From a virus (lineage: Duplodnaviria > Caudoviricetes), in the IMG/VR virus record IMGVR_UViG_3300009034_000035, positions 1 to 63,255 of that record: a stretch of 63,255 nucleotides of DNA, one strand, 5' to 3'. Under the pieces are notes generated by a model, which saw only the letters and a list, made by a program, of their open reading frames with translations, was not told the DNA's origin and made no database searches. Numbering within the stretch: position 1 is the first letter of the stretch; each line of letters starts with the position of its first letter. Of the stretch, positions 46,733 to 55,767 are shown one piece after another. The position numbers were made by a program, and so were the translations under genes.

Positions 46733-47245
46733 TTGAATAATCAAATTAAAAGTTGGAGTATAACTATAAAGGGTTTATCTCCTTTAATACAAAATAATCC
46801 TAGAAGTATGTTGCTAGATAATCCAGAGAAGATTACACCAGTTAAAGAATTACTTTATCTAAATAAAGAAGGTGAAGTATGTCAACCAGCTACCCATATT
46901 GAACGTTCAATAGCTTATGCAGGATATAAAATTAAAAAGAAATATTCTCCTCTAATAAAAGCATTTTTAATTGTAGAACCTAAATTAATTCTACATAAGA
47001 ATCAAGAATGGGAGTCACTTGAAGAGTCAGTAGTTATTCAAAGAAATAGAGTATTTAAAGAAAGACCTATGATTAAAGACTGGGAATTAACTTTTATTGT
47101 TAAATCTCTTAATCCAGAATTAACTGGTTCAATAATTAAAGCATCTTTAGAAAGGGCTGGAGCTTATTATGGTTTAGGTGACTGGAGAGCACAGAAAGGT
47201 GGTAAGTATGGATTCTTTGAGGTTACAGAATTTAAAGTGGTATAA
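46733..47245 (+). CDS. Stand-alone Cas7/RAMP-like protein (putative Vipr-like effector)
   Basis: N-terminal strand ITIKGLSPL, QPATHIERSI helix, WELTF strand, C-terminal Gly-rich loop AGAYYGLGDWRAQKGGKYGFFEV; flanked by pentamer arrays. Confidence 0.8.
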   Translation: MNNQIKSWSITIKGLSPLIQNNPRSMLLDNPEKITPVKELLYLNKEGEVCQPATHIERSIAYAGYKIKKKYSPLIKAFLIVEPKLILHKNQEWESLEESVVIQRNRVFKERPMIKDWELTFIVKSLNPELTGSIIKASLERAGAYYGLGDWRAQKGGKYGFFEVTEFKVV

Positions 47246-47250
47246 TAATT

Positions 47251-47315
47251 GGATTGGAACTGATCGGATTTGAGGGGTGTGGAAGGGAAGGGATCGGAGA
47301 GGAATGGAAAGGTTA
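47251..47315 (+). repeat. GGA-NN pentamer array 3 (13 units), candidate guide RNA
   Basis: ggatt ggaac tgatc ggatt tgagg ggtgt ggaag ggaag ggatc ggaga ggaat ggaaa ggtta. Confidence 0.92.
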
Positions 47316-47337
47316 AAATTAAAGGTGATGAATAAAG

Positions 47338-47706
47338 ATGGGAATAGAAATTTGTGATTGGTGTGGTAAAGGAATTAAAGATGAAAATGAATTTAAAATA
47401 TGGCTTCCTAGATGGTTAGATAAAATAATAATAAAGAATTTAAATTTGAAATATATAACAAGTTTACATTTTTGTTCAGAACCATGTTTAATTACATTTC
47501 TAAAGAATAAAGGACAAGATAGAAAACTTCCCGATAAAAATAGAATTATAATGAATAATGATAAAGATAATAAAATTAATAAGATTTGGGATAAAGATAA
47601 ATTAAAGAAGGCTATGAGAGAAGCTAAAAGGAAAGATAGATTATGGAGAAAAGAAGAAAAGGAAATTGCTATTAATGCCAAAAATAGAAATAAAAGGATG
47701 GGTTGA
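47338..47706 (+). CDS. TRASH/MYM-like Zn-finger protein
   Basis: CDWCGK...HFCSEPCL. Confidence 0.6.
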   Translation: MGIEICDWCGKGIKDENEFKIWLPRWLDKIIIKNLNLKYITSLHFCSEPCLITFLKNKGQDRKLPDKNRIIMNNDKDNKINKIWDKDKLKKAMREAKRKDRLWRKEEKEIAINAKNRNKRMG

Positions 47707-47860
47707 AGAGGATGATAAAGAACCAATTTCAAATTTACCAAGCAAATGTCCTAAATGTGGAGAGAAGTTACGTAGAGTTGATGCTCTTAGGACATGTGGA
47801 ATGTATATGGTTTATTGTCCAGATAGTACATGTAGATGGTGTATGATCTATGAAGAATAA
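47666..47860 (+). CDS. Zn-ribbon protein
   Basis: CPKCG...CP...C. Confidence 0.6.
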   Translation: MLLMPKIEIKGWVEEDDKEPISNLPSKCPKCGEKLRRVDALRTCGMYMVYCPDSTCRWCMIYEE

Positions 47861-48022
47861 AATAATAAGAATTAGAATATATTGGAATGATGGTAGTTGG
47901 ACTGATCATAATAGTGAAACTCTTATGAAAGTTCTTAATGATTTTAGAAAATTTGATGGTGGAAAAGAAGAACAAGAATATTTAGAAGAAGAAAAAATAG
48001 ATAGTATTATGAGGAATAAAAA

Positions 48023-48604
48023 ATGAATAAAAAAGAAATTAGAAGAGACTTTAAAGGATGGGCAGTTGATTTAGTATATAGGCTACAAGATGGTATATGT
48101 GCTAAAGAGAAATGTAGTAAGACTTTAGCTAATGGCTTTCATAGGCATCATGAGGATGGAGACTCTACTAATAATTCTATAGAGAATTTAAAACTATTCT
48201 GTGCAGAATGTCATGGAGGAGAAGCTTATGCAACTTATATAAAGAAGAAGAAGAAAGGATTAAGTGATGTAGAAGCAGCTATAAATATGGCCTTAGAAGG
48301 TAAACTTAGTGGAGCAGCAATGGATAAGCTTCTTGATGCTATTAAATTAGGACTAGGATTAACTAGAGAAATATATGGTAAAGGTATGGAACAAGTACCA
48401 GCTAGTATAAAGATGGAGCAGTATCTATTATCTAGTGGAATATTACTTAAAGAATATGAGAAAGGGGTAAAAAAGGGCATTGAACTAGGGGCTTCTATAT
48501 CTAATATTGAAGTAGCTAAGGTATTAGTTAACAATTTAGAGTTAAGTAAGAAAGTTTCACAGTTATTACAAGTAATAGCTTCTCAAGTTAAGAAGGAAAA
48601 GTAG
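48023..48604 (+). CDS. HNH endonuclease domain protein with helical C-terminus
   Basis: RHHEDGDSTNNSIENLKLFCAECH. Confidence 0.85.
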   Translation: MNKKEIRRDFKGWAVDLVYRLQDGICAKEKCSKTLANGFHRHHEDGDSTNNSIENLKLFCAECHGGEAYATYIKKKKKGLSDVEAAINMALEGKLSGAAMDKLLDAIKLGLGLTREIYGKGMEQVPASIKMEQYLLSSGILLKEYEKGVKKGIELGASISNIEVAKVLVNNLELSKKVSQLLQVIASQVKKEK

Positions 48605-48844
48605 ATGGATAGAAAAACAACCACTTTAGAATTACCTACTACTCCAAAAAGAAGTTTTAATAAGTATGAAAAAATATGTCCACATCATACTCTAAAAGTT
48701 AGAAATAGATATTTATGCAGATTAACAGAAGAAGCATGTAATAAGATTAATTGTCCAATATTTAATCCTGAAGGAAAGGGAAAGAAAATAAATAAAGAAC
48801 ATAAAGAATATAGAATACCTAGAAGATATAGAGGAGCATTTTAA
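48605..48844 (+). CDS. Small Cys-rich protein
   Basis: CPH...C...C...CP. Confidence 0.55.
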   Translation: MDRKTTTLELPTTPKRSFNKYEKICPHHTLKVRNRYLCRLTEEACNKINCPIFNPEGKGKKINKEHKEYRIPRRYRGAF

Positions 48845-49096
48845 ATGATAGATGAAATAATAAGATGGCATTATTGTAAGAAACATAATAAAGATTATTT
48901 AGGTAATTGTTCAGAATGTGAATTAGAGAAGAAAATGAAAGATAATGGCATTCAAAAGTCTATTCGTAAAGGGATTGCTACTCAATTTGATTGTGGGTGT
49001 ATTCATATAAGATTTGAAAAAGAAGTAGAAATATTTAAAGAAGAAAATCAAAATTCTAGAATATACTTTTATCCTTGTAATAAGAAACATAATTAG
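48845..49096 (+). CDS. Small Cys/His-rich protein
   Basis: CKKH...CSEC, DCGC...CNKKH. Confidence 0.55.
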   Translation: MIDEIIRWHYCKKHNKDYLGNCSECELEKKMKDNGIQKSIRKGIATQFDCGCIHIRFEKEVEIFKEENQNSRIYFYPCNKKHN

Positions 49097-49107
49097 GAGA
49101 AATAAAT

Positions 49108-49350
49108 GTGAGTAGAGAAAGAGGGTTTGGAAAGAAAAAGAAATATGAAGAAGATTATCCTATAAATAAAGGTAAAGATTGTGATGAATGTAAAGGTGAA
49201 TTAGTCAAGTTAGAAACTACTACTAGTGAGCCATTCTTAGAAGGAAAAAAGGCTTATTATAATTTCTATTGGATATGTATATGTACTGATTGTAGGAGAC
49301 AAGTTAGAGTATTAGAAGAAAAGCTAGAATTTCATTTAGAGGGGAAATAA
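49108..49350 (+). CDS. Zn-ribbon protein
   Basis: CDEC...CTDC. Confidence 0.6.
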   Translation: MSRERGFGKKKKYEEDYPINKGKDCDECKGELVKLETTTSEPFLEGKKAYYNFYWICICTDCRRQVRVLEEKLEFHLEGK

Positions 49351-50501
49351 TGGGTAAAGTAAAAAGAATAAAAGATGAAACTATAAAGGATAAAGCTACA
49401 GATTCTAAGACTCTTATTGATCAACAAGAAGAAATGAAAGGTAAAATAAAGAAAAGACTAGAAGACCTTACTGGTATTGGACCTACTACTGCTACTAAAC
49501 TTAGAGAATTTGGATATTCATTTATGGGTTTAGCTACAGCAAGAGCAGACATAGTAAGTTCAGAAATGGGACCTAGTGTAAGTATAGCAAAGGCTACAGC
49601 ATGGATTAAAACTGCACAAGAGAATGTATTAGCAGTAATGACCCCTAAGACTGGTAGAGAAGTAGCTAAAGAACGTAAACTTAAAAGAATATTCTATAAG
49701 ACTAATTCTTTAGATCTTAATAAGTTATTAGGTGGAGGAATAGCTAGTTTAAGAACTACAGGTTTCAGTGGAAGATTTAGTACTGGTAAAACACAAATTA
49801 TATTTAATGCTATAGTAGACTGTTTATCAAGGACAAAGTATGCATATTGTCCAAAATGTGATTATATACATGAAAAAGTAGTAGAAACTTGTAAGCAATG
49901 TGGAGAAGAAATGTTTAGAAAAGCTGCATATATAGAAACAGAACCTGATACATTTAGTGATGCTAGGATAGAAGAAATAGCAGCAGCTACTAATAAGGAT
50001 ATAGACTTAGGTAATTTATGGGTATTTGGTGCAGAAAATATACCTACTGCTAAAGGACAATATCTTCAGTATAAGATTATACAGAAGCTTATAGAAAAGA
50101 AGAAGGAGAATATAGGCTTTATAGCAGTAGATAGTTTTACTGCTAAGTTTAGACCTGGATATAGTAGAAGAGAAATGTTACCTGTAAGAACTAGAGAGTT
50201 TACTGAGCATTTTCTCATTATAGATTATTTAGCTGCAAGGTATAATATAGCATGGGCACTTAGCTGTCAAGTTATAGGTGGAGTAGATGCTGGTCAACAG
50301 TTAGGTACTAAGATGAAGACAGGTGATATATTCTATCCTGTAGGAGGAGAATTTCTATTACATAGTATGACTACATGGTGTCAAGTAATGCAGATTAAAA
50401 GTGAGTTATATAAAGCTATGATATTTGACAGCAGCTATTTGCCTAAGGGTACTTGTGAATTTATGTTGACTGAAAGAGGAATAGTAGATGGTGTTAAATA
50501 A
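49350..50501 (+). CDS. radA: Archaeal RadA recombinase with Zn-ribbon insertion
   Basis: HhH LEDLTGIGPTTATKL, LNKLLGGG, Walker A GRFSTGKTQ, YIETE..F..RI, VDS..FR, PVGG..L.H, DSSYLP. Confidence 0.93.
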   Translation: MGKVKRIKDETIKDKATDSKTLIDQQEEMKGKIKKRLEDLTGIGPTTATKLREFGYSFMGLATARADIVSSEMGPSVSIAKATAWIKTAQENVLAVMTPKTGREVAKERKLKRIFYKTNSLDLNKLLGGGIASLRTTGFSGRFSTGKTQIIFNAIVDCLSRTKYAYCPKCDYIHEKVVETCKQCGEEMFRKAAYIETEPDTFSDARIEEIAAATNKDIDLGNLWVFGAENIPTAKGQYLQYKIIQKLIEKKKENIGFIAVDSFTAKFRPGYSRREMLPVRTREFTEHFLIIDYLAARYNIAWALSCQVIGGVDAGQQLGTKMKTGDIFYPVGGEFLLHSMTTWCQVMQIKSELYKAMIFDSSYLPKGTCEFMLTERGIVDGVK

Positions 50502-51841
50502 TGGATGAAGAAAGAGCTAGTAAAGTTGAAGATAAAACAGAAGCAAAAGAATCTCCTAAAGCACAAGTTAAAAGTGAACTAGGTCTTGATCACCTTAAGA
50601 CTTTTAGTAGATTTTTAGTAAAAGCTTTAAAGAGTATTCCAGATCTACAGGAAAATACTATAACTAAACATTTAGGTTGTCCACCAAAAGAAAGAGAAAA
50701 GATACAATTTAATATTCCATGTTACTTAATGACACAAACTTGCTATGCTTTTAATATGTATTTAAAGAAGAATACTAAAATTTCTCTTATTACTAACTTT
50801 AGTAGTGGAAGTACAGATTATTCGGCTGCTGAATATGATCTTATTAGAATAAAGAGAGATACTAGAATACCTCTCCTTATAGGAGGATGGACTTTCTTTA
50901 AGTATAAAGATGTTAATCTCTTAGCTTGGAATTGGTTCCAAGGAATGAGTCCACATGCTGAAATACATTTTAATAAGAAGGATAGAAAGTTAGTAGAGGA
51001 ATTATTTAAAGATATAAGAAAATTCATGAAAGAATTTAATTTTCTTAAAAATGAAAAGCTTAAAGTTATAGGAGGCTATCACTTTGACTTTTTAGAATAT
51101 CCTAAATTAGATTGGAATAATATAATACTTACTGAAGAACTTAAGGATGAAATATTGCTTAATATAATCTATCCTTTAGCTAATAAAGAAGCATGTAAAA
51201 AGCATGATATACCTTGGAGAAGAGGAGTATTATTAGGAGGAGAACCAGGTACAGGTAAGACTCTATTAGCTAAAGTATTATGTAATTTATTAACAGATGT
51301 AACAGTTATATGGGTTACTGCTGAAAGTATAGATGAGGCTAGACATGTAAGAGCATTATTTCAAGCTGCTAGATACTTTGCTCCTACATTAGTAATAATG
51401 GAAGACTTAGACTTTTTTGGTCAAGATAGAGCTATAGAAAGAAGTCCTGTAATAGGAGAATTACTTAATCAATTAGATGGTAATAGTCCTAATGAAGGAG
51501 TATTTATATTAGCATCTAGTAATAGACCAGGACTATTAGATAAAGCTTTAAAAAATAGACCTGGTAGATTAGACGTTAAAATAGCAGTAGAACTACCAGA
51601 ATTAAAGGAAAGAACAAAGATGATTAATTTATTTAGTAAAGGTAAAATGTTTCATACATACTTTGACTGTAATAGTTTAGCTAGTCAAACTAAAGGATTT
51701 ACTGGTGCTCATATAAAAGAAGTATTTGTTTATGCAGCTTTAGATACTATTAAGAAGGGTAGAAATTCTATACATAATGAAAGTATACTTAAAGCTATTA
51801 AAAGATTAAAAGAGAAAGTAGATGTACCATATAAGGTGTAG
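50501..51841 (+). CDS. Classical AAA+ ATPase (CDC48/PAN/BCS1-like)
   Basis: RGVLLGGEPGTGKT, IMEDLD, LLNQLDG, SNRPGLLDKALKNRPGRLD, GFTGAHIKE. Confidence 0.93.
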   Translation: MDEERASKVEDKTEAKESPKAQVKSELGLDHLKTFSRFLVKALKSIPDLQENTITKHLGCPPKEREKIQFNIPCYLMTQTCYAFNMYLKKNTKISLITNFSSGSTDYSAAEYDLIRIKRDTRIPLLIGGWTFFKYKDVNLLAWNWFQGMSPHAEIHFNKKDRKLVEELFKDIRKFMKEFNFLKNEKLKVIGGYHFDFLEYPKLDWNNIILTEELKDEILLNIIYPLANKEACKKHDIPWRRGVLLGGEPGTGKTLLAKVLCNLLTDVTVIWVTAESIDEARHVRALFQAARYFAPTLVIMEDLDFFGQDRAIERSPVIGELLNQLDGNSPNEGVFILASSNRPGLLDKALKNRPGRLDVKIAVELPELKERTKMINLFSKGKMFHTYFDCNSLASQTKGFTGAHIKEVFVYAALDTIKKGRNSIHNESILKAIKRLKEKVDVPYKV

Positions 51842-52073
51842 TATAATGAAATTAGAAGATATTAGAATAGGAATGAAAGTGAAGATTAAACTAGATTCTA
51901 AAAATAATGAAGATTGTGAAGAATTTAATTTTCAATTGAATAATGTAGAAGGTATAGTTAATAGAATTAATAATAATGAAGAATATCCTATTTATGTATA
52001 TATACAAAAGGATAAAAAAAAGATTGGAATTATTATTGAATTTAAACCTGAAGAATTAAAAGAGGTTAAATAA
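51822..52073 (+). CDS. KOW/SH3-like small protein
   Basis: IRIGMKVKI...GIV...YPIYV...FKPEELK. Confidence 0.55.
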   Translation: MYHIRCSIMKLEDIRIGMKVKIKLDSKNNEDCEEFNFQLNNVEGIVNRINNNEEYPIYVYIQKDKKKIGIIIEFKPEELKEVK

Positions 52074-52217
52074 TATGCCCAAAGTAAAAGTAAAATTAAC
52101 AGCAAAAAGATGGATATTAATATTCACAAAGAAAACATTAGAATTTGAAATAGAAGGTAGTCCAGAAGAAATAGATAAAATTGCTAGAGATGTAGTTGAT
52201 GGAGTAAGTGTTAGTTA

Positions 52218-52895
52218 ATGCCAATATTTATAGATGATAGAGAACCAGAGGAAATAATCAACTATCTAAGGAAGAGAAACTTGGATATAGAGATTAGACA
52301 TTCAGATAGTGGAGATTATGTATTTGGGGAAGTAGCTATAGAAAGAAAAGAGCTTAATGATTTAATTAAAAGTCTCATGCCTAACAAACAGACTTTTACT
52401 CTCAAACCTAGATTCTGGGATCAAATGGAAGTTATTAAAAATACCTACAAAATTCCCATTCTTATTATAGAAGGATTACATAGTTATATGTATGCAGAAA
52501 GATTCATAAAAGGAGTGTTAAATACTCTTACTCTATTTTGGAAGATACCTTATTTAGTTACTATGGGAATGGAAGAAACAGCTATGGTTATAGGAGATTT
52601 ATATATTAAGTATGGAGTAGGTAAGTCAGGTAGAATACCTCCAGCAGCAGTAAGAAAAGCTATTACTCCTAAACAAGTTAAATGGATGATGCTCCAATGT
52701 GTAAAGGGAATAGGCCCTACAGCAGCTACTAGAATATTAGAAGCTTATCCAGATTTATTCCATGCTTCTTATCATCCGCATTATTTTAGTGAAGCATTAA
52801 ATAAAGTTAAAGGTCTTAATAAGAGAAGTAAAGAATTACTTAAAGTAATCTTTACTAATTGGTGTGTTAAAGCTGAAATTAAGAAAAGTAAATGA
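52218..52895 (+). CDS. xpf: XPF/ERCC4 structure-specific nuclease with HhH
   Basis: IDDRE, GDY, IERKELNDL, LIIEG, VKGIGP HhH. Confidence 0.93.
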   Translation: MPIFIDDREPEEIINYLRKRNLDIEIRHSDSGDYVFGEVAIERKELNDLIKSLMPNKQTFTLKPRFWDQMEVIKNTYKIPILIIEGLHSYMYAERFIKGVLNTLTLFWKIPYLVTMGMEETAMVIGDLYIKYGVGKSGRIPPAAVRKAITPKQVKWMMLQCVKGIGPTAATRILEAYPDLFHASYHPHYFSEALNKVKGLNKRSKELLKVIFTNWCVKAEIKKSK

Positions 52896-52935
52896 TATGT
52901 AAATTAGTATATGTATAAATATATATATGTGATGA

Positions 52936-53205
52936 ATGGTAATGGATAAACAAAATAAGAATAGAGAGTTAAGAAAAAGATATAGGGAATTAGCAGCAAT
53001 GTTAAAGGAGAAGATGAAGGGTAATATGGTTACTTTAGATAAAATACTAGGTAAATTTTCTATGCAGGAAGGTATCAAGTTTACTAGGGCTAAAGAATAT
53101 TTAAATCTATTTGAAATGGTAGGCTTAGTTAAAATTACTACTGGTAGAAAGAAATGGAAGTATAATTCTGATGCTGAATGGGAGTTGTTTAGAGTACTTG
53201 TTTAG
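52936..53205 (+). CDS. Winged-helix-like protein
   Basis: GIKFTRAKEYLNLFEMVGLVKI. Confidence 0.55.
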   Translation: MVMDKQNKNRELRKRYRELAAMLKEKMKGNMVTLDKILGKFSMQEGIKFTRAKEYLNLFEMVGLVKITTGRKKWKYNSDAEWELFRVLV

Positions 53206-53207
53206 AA

Positions 53208-53636
53208 GTGTTTAATATGTATAATAAAAATGTTCAAAGAAAATATGATCAATCAAAGAAAGGTAAAGCTAGACATGATACTGAACAATATAAGGAATAT
53301 CGTAAAGGGTATATGAAAGCTTATGCTTCCTTTTATAGAAAAAGAAGAAGATTAGTTATTATTAAGCATTATGGTAATAAGTGTATTTGTTGTGGAGAAA
53401 TTGAAGTTAAATTTTTAAGTATAGACCATATTAAAGGTGGAGGAGCAAAACATTTACGTGAAATAGCAAAGTCTGGTCATAACTTTTATTCATGGATTCT
53501 TAAAAATAAATTTCCTAAAGGCTTTCAAGTTTTATGTTTTAATTGTAATACAGCTAAAGGTAAGAGTAATAAACAATTTTGTCCTGTTCATCATCCAGAA
53601 TTATATGAAAAAGATGATGTAAAGGTGAATATATAA
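53208..53636 (+). CDS. HNH/His-Me finger endonuclease
   Basis: CICCGE...LSIDHIKGGG...FQVLCFNCN; same family as 31102-31461. Confidence 0.8.
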   Translation: MFNMYNKNVQRKYDQSKKGKARHDTEQYKEYRKGYMKAYASFYRKRRRLVIIKHYGNKCICCGEIEVKFLSIDHIKGGGAKHLREIAKSGHNFYSWILKNKFPKGFQVLCFNCNTAKGKSNKQFCPVHHPELYEKDDVKVNI

Positions 53637-53848
53637 TGGAGAAAGAAGGAATAAAAGAAATAAGGAAGAGATTAGAAGATCTAATGAGAATGGAAACACT
53701 TGATTTAGAATATAAGACAGAACAATTAGCATTTCTAATAATGAAAATAGACCTTATGAAACTTGATGCTTTATGCTGTATAAGTGCTAATCTTAAATCT
53801 ATAGAAGAAGTTCTTAAACAAATAAAAGATAAACAAATTCCTTGGTAA
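53636..53848 (+). CDS. Coiled-coil hypothetical protein
   Basis: SD aggtga. Confidence 0.55.
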   Translation: MEKEGIKEIRKRLEDLMRMETLDLEYKTEQLAFLIMKIDLMKLDALCCISANLKSIEEVLKQIKDKQIPW

Positions 53849-53860
53849 GGAGGTGTATAT

Positions 53861-54991
53861 ATGAATTTAAGTACAGAAGCACAAACTCAATTAAAGAAAA
53901 TAGCTAAAAGAAATAAGATGACTTATACTGAAGTAGTTAAGATGTATGAAGAAGCAGTTAAAGGGACTAAAGATAAAATTAAAGAAATATTCATTATAAG
54001 AAAAATTCAGAATGAAATTAGAAGAGAAAAGCAGAAGCAACAACCATTTAAGAGAAAGGCTCAAGCTCAACCTGTATATGGCTTTATAGCTGGTGATATG
54101 GGCCTTAGAGACACAGCTGAAGAAATGAGAAGAAATATTAAAAGGTTTATAGAAAAGAATAGTGTACAAGAGGCTATAGAAGCACAATATATTAATGGTG
54201 ATAATAGAATACTAGATCAACGTGAAATGATATATGGTAAACCTAATCCTAATCATTTAGAAGTCTTAGATAAAAAAGATGATAAAGGCAATATAAGAAA
54301 ACTAATACTTAGAAAGAGAACATTATTTGGCTTCTTTAGAAAAAATGGAGAAAGAACCTTTAAACCTACTATGTTTCAGACAAATGACAATAAAATAGCT
54401 AAAGCATGGAATAAGATTAAGTTCTTTACTCCATGTCAAACATTTGGTATAATTAAAGAAGACAATCCTGAAGATATGAGACTTAATAGTAGCCAAGCAG
54501 AAAATACAATGTCAGTCTTTAAAGCTCTTAAAGAAGATTGGGATATTAATACTATAATAACTCAAAGTCTTAAAAGTCAAGAAACTAAAATACAAAATGT
54601 AGAAAAACACTTTAAAACCTATAAAGATGCATGGGATAGAAGGATATTCCTTAGAGGAATAGTAACATGGATAAATGTTGATAGACCTGGCTTCTTTGGT
54701 AATATATGGATGCAACTTATGGACCCTGAAGATGAAGAGGCAGTAGTTAGAGTGTCTATACCTCAACACTTAATACCTAATATAGACTTTGGACCATTAA
54801 GTGAAATAAGAGTATTTGGTCAAACAAAAAGAAGTAAATATAGAGATAATGAAACTCAGAAGCTAGTTGATGGTGATGTAATAGTAAATGCTTTTGGTCT
54901 ATATCCAATACCAGGCTTAAGTACACCTAAAGAAAGTGCAATACCAGAAAGTTTAGAAGATGAAGAAGAAATTGAAGGATGGCTATCATAG
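53861..54991 (+). CDS. Putative OB-fold ssDNA-binding (RPA-like) protein
   Basis: Two OB-like regions (GIVTWIN...LMD...EIRVFGQ...VNAFG), acidic C-terminal tail; lies in the replication module. Confidence 0.6.
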   Translation: MNLSTEAQTQLKKIAKRNKMTYTEVVKMYEEAVKGTKDKIKEIFIIRKIQNEIRREKQKQQPFKRKAQAQPVYGFIAGDMGLRDTAEEMRRNIKRFIEKNSVQEAIEAQYINGDNRILDQREMIYGKPNPNHLEVLDKKDDKGNIRKLILRKRTLFGFFRKNGERTFKPTMFQTNDNKIAKAWNKIKFFTPCQTFGIIKEDNPEDMRLNSSQAENTMSVFKALKEDWDINTIITQSLKSQETKIQNVEKHFKTYKDAWDRRIFLRGIVTWINVDRPGFFGNIWMQLMDPEDEEAVVRVSIPQHLIPNIDFGPLSEIRVFGQTKRSKYRDNETQKLVDGDVIVNAFGLYPIPGLSTPKESAIPESLEDEEEIEGWLS

Positions 54992-55055
54992 TCATTCTTC
55001 TTCCCCACTATCTTTATTTGATGATAGTATAATAGTTTAGTAATAATATAAAAAG

Positions 55056-55403
55056 ATGATGTTAATGGATAAAAAAATATTAGAATTTAATGTAGAAGAA
55101 ATAAAGGCCTTTATGAATGGACTTAGACCTAAACCTGGTAAAAGATCAGGTTATAATGTGTTATGGCAGGCTTTAGTATGTTCTTGGCAGTTTAAAGATT
55201 TACAGAAGAGTATAGCTTATTATGAAAGATTTAAAGATAAAGCTTATTTGGCAGAAGCTTCAACTCATTTGGCTGATTTACTTATGCAGGTTATTTGCAT
55301 GATTATAATATTAAATATAGATCCAGAAGAGATAATGGAAATGGGTTTAAATAGATTAAGAGAACATGCTAAAATAGAAATATATCCTAAGTTGTGGGAA
55401 TAA
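55056..55403 (+). CDS. MazG-like NTP pyrophosphohydrolase
   Basis: HLADLLMQV...LNIDPEEIMEMGLNRL. Confidence 0.6.
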   Translation: MMLMDKKILEFNVEEIKAFMNGLRPKPGKRSGYNVLWQALVCSWQFKDLQKSIAYYERFKDKAYLAEASTHLADLLMQVICMIIILNIDPEEIMEMGLNRLREHAKIEIYPKLWE

Positions 55404-55404
55404 T

Positions 55405-55767
55405 ATGAATAAAGAAGAATTAAGAGCTAGAGAAATATGTGCATGGTGTAATTGGGTTAAAGAGTGTAAAGACTGTCCACATAGAGAATGGCCTAGTGGA
55501 AAGTGGCATAAGAAGCCTAGATGGAACTATAAAAAGTGTCAAGAATGGAGACATTATCTTAAAACTAGAAGAAGAAAGTTTATAGAAAAGATTAGAAAGT
55601 TTTTTAAGTTTCATTCTTGGTATCAACAGATAATAGATCCACTTTATACAGATCCAAAACCTAGGAAATTTAGGATTATAAAAACTTGTACTATATGTGA
55701 GAAGAAACAAGAATTTAAGAAGAAAAATAAAGAGGATAAATATCCTAAGTGGGTAGATATTGACTAA
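55405..55767 (+). CDS. Cys-rich hypothetical protein
   Basis: CAWC, CKDC, CTIC. Confidence 0.55.
   Translation: MNKEELRAREICAWCNWVKECKDCPHREWPSGKWHKKPRWNYKKCQEWRHYLKTRRRKFIEKIRKFFKFHSWYQQIIDPLYTDPKPRKFRIIKTCTICEKKQEFKKKNKEDKYPKWVDID

Noticed and set aside
46574-47315. Canonical CRISPR array, plain microsatellite or mere SD-like runs
   Set aside because: No 25-40 nt repeats with spacers; variation is concentrated at positions 4-5 of each pentamer, unlike slippage-derived satellites. A G-quadruplex role is not excluded but would not explain the strict phase
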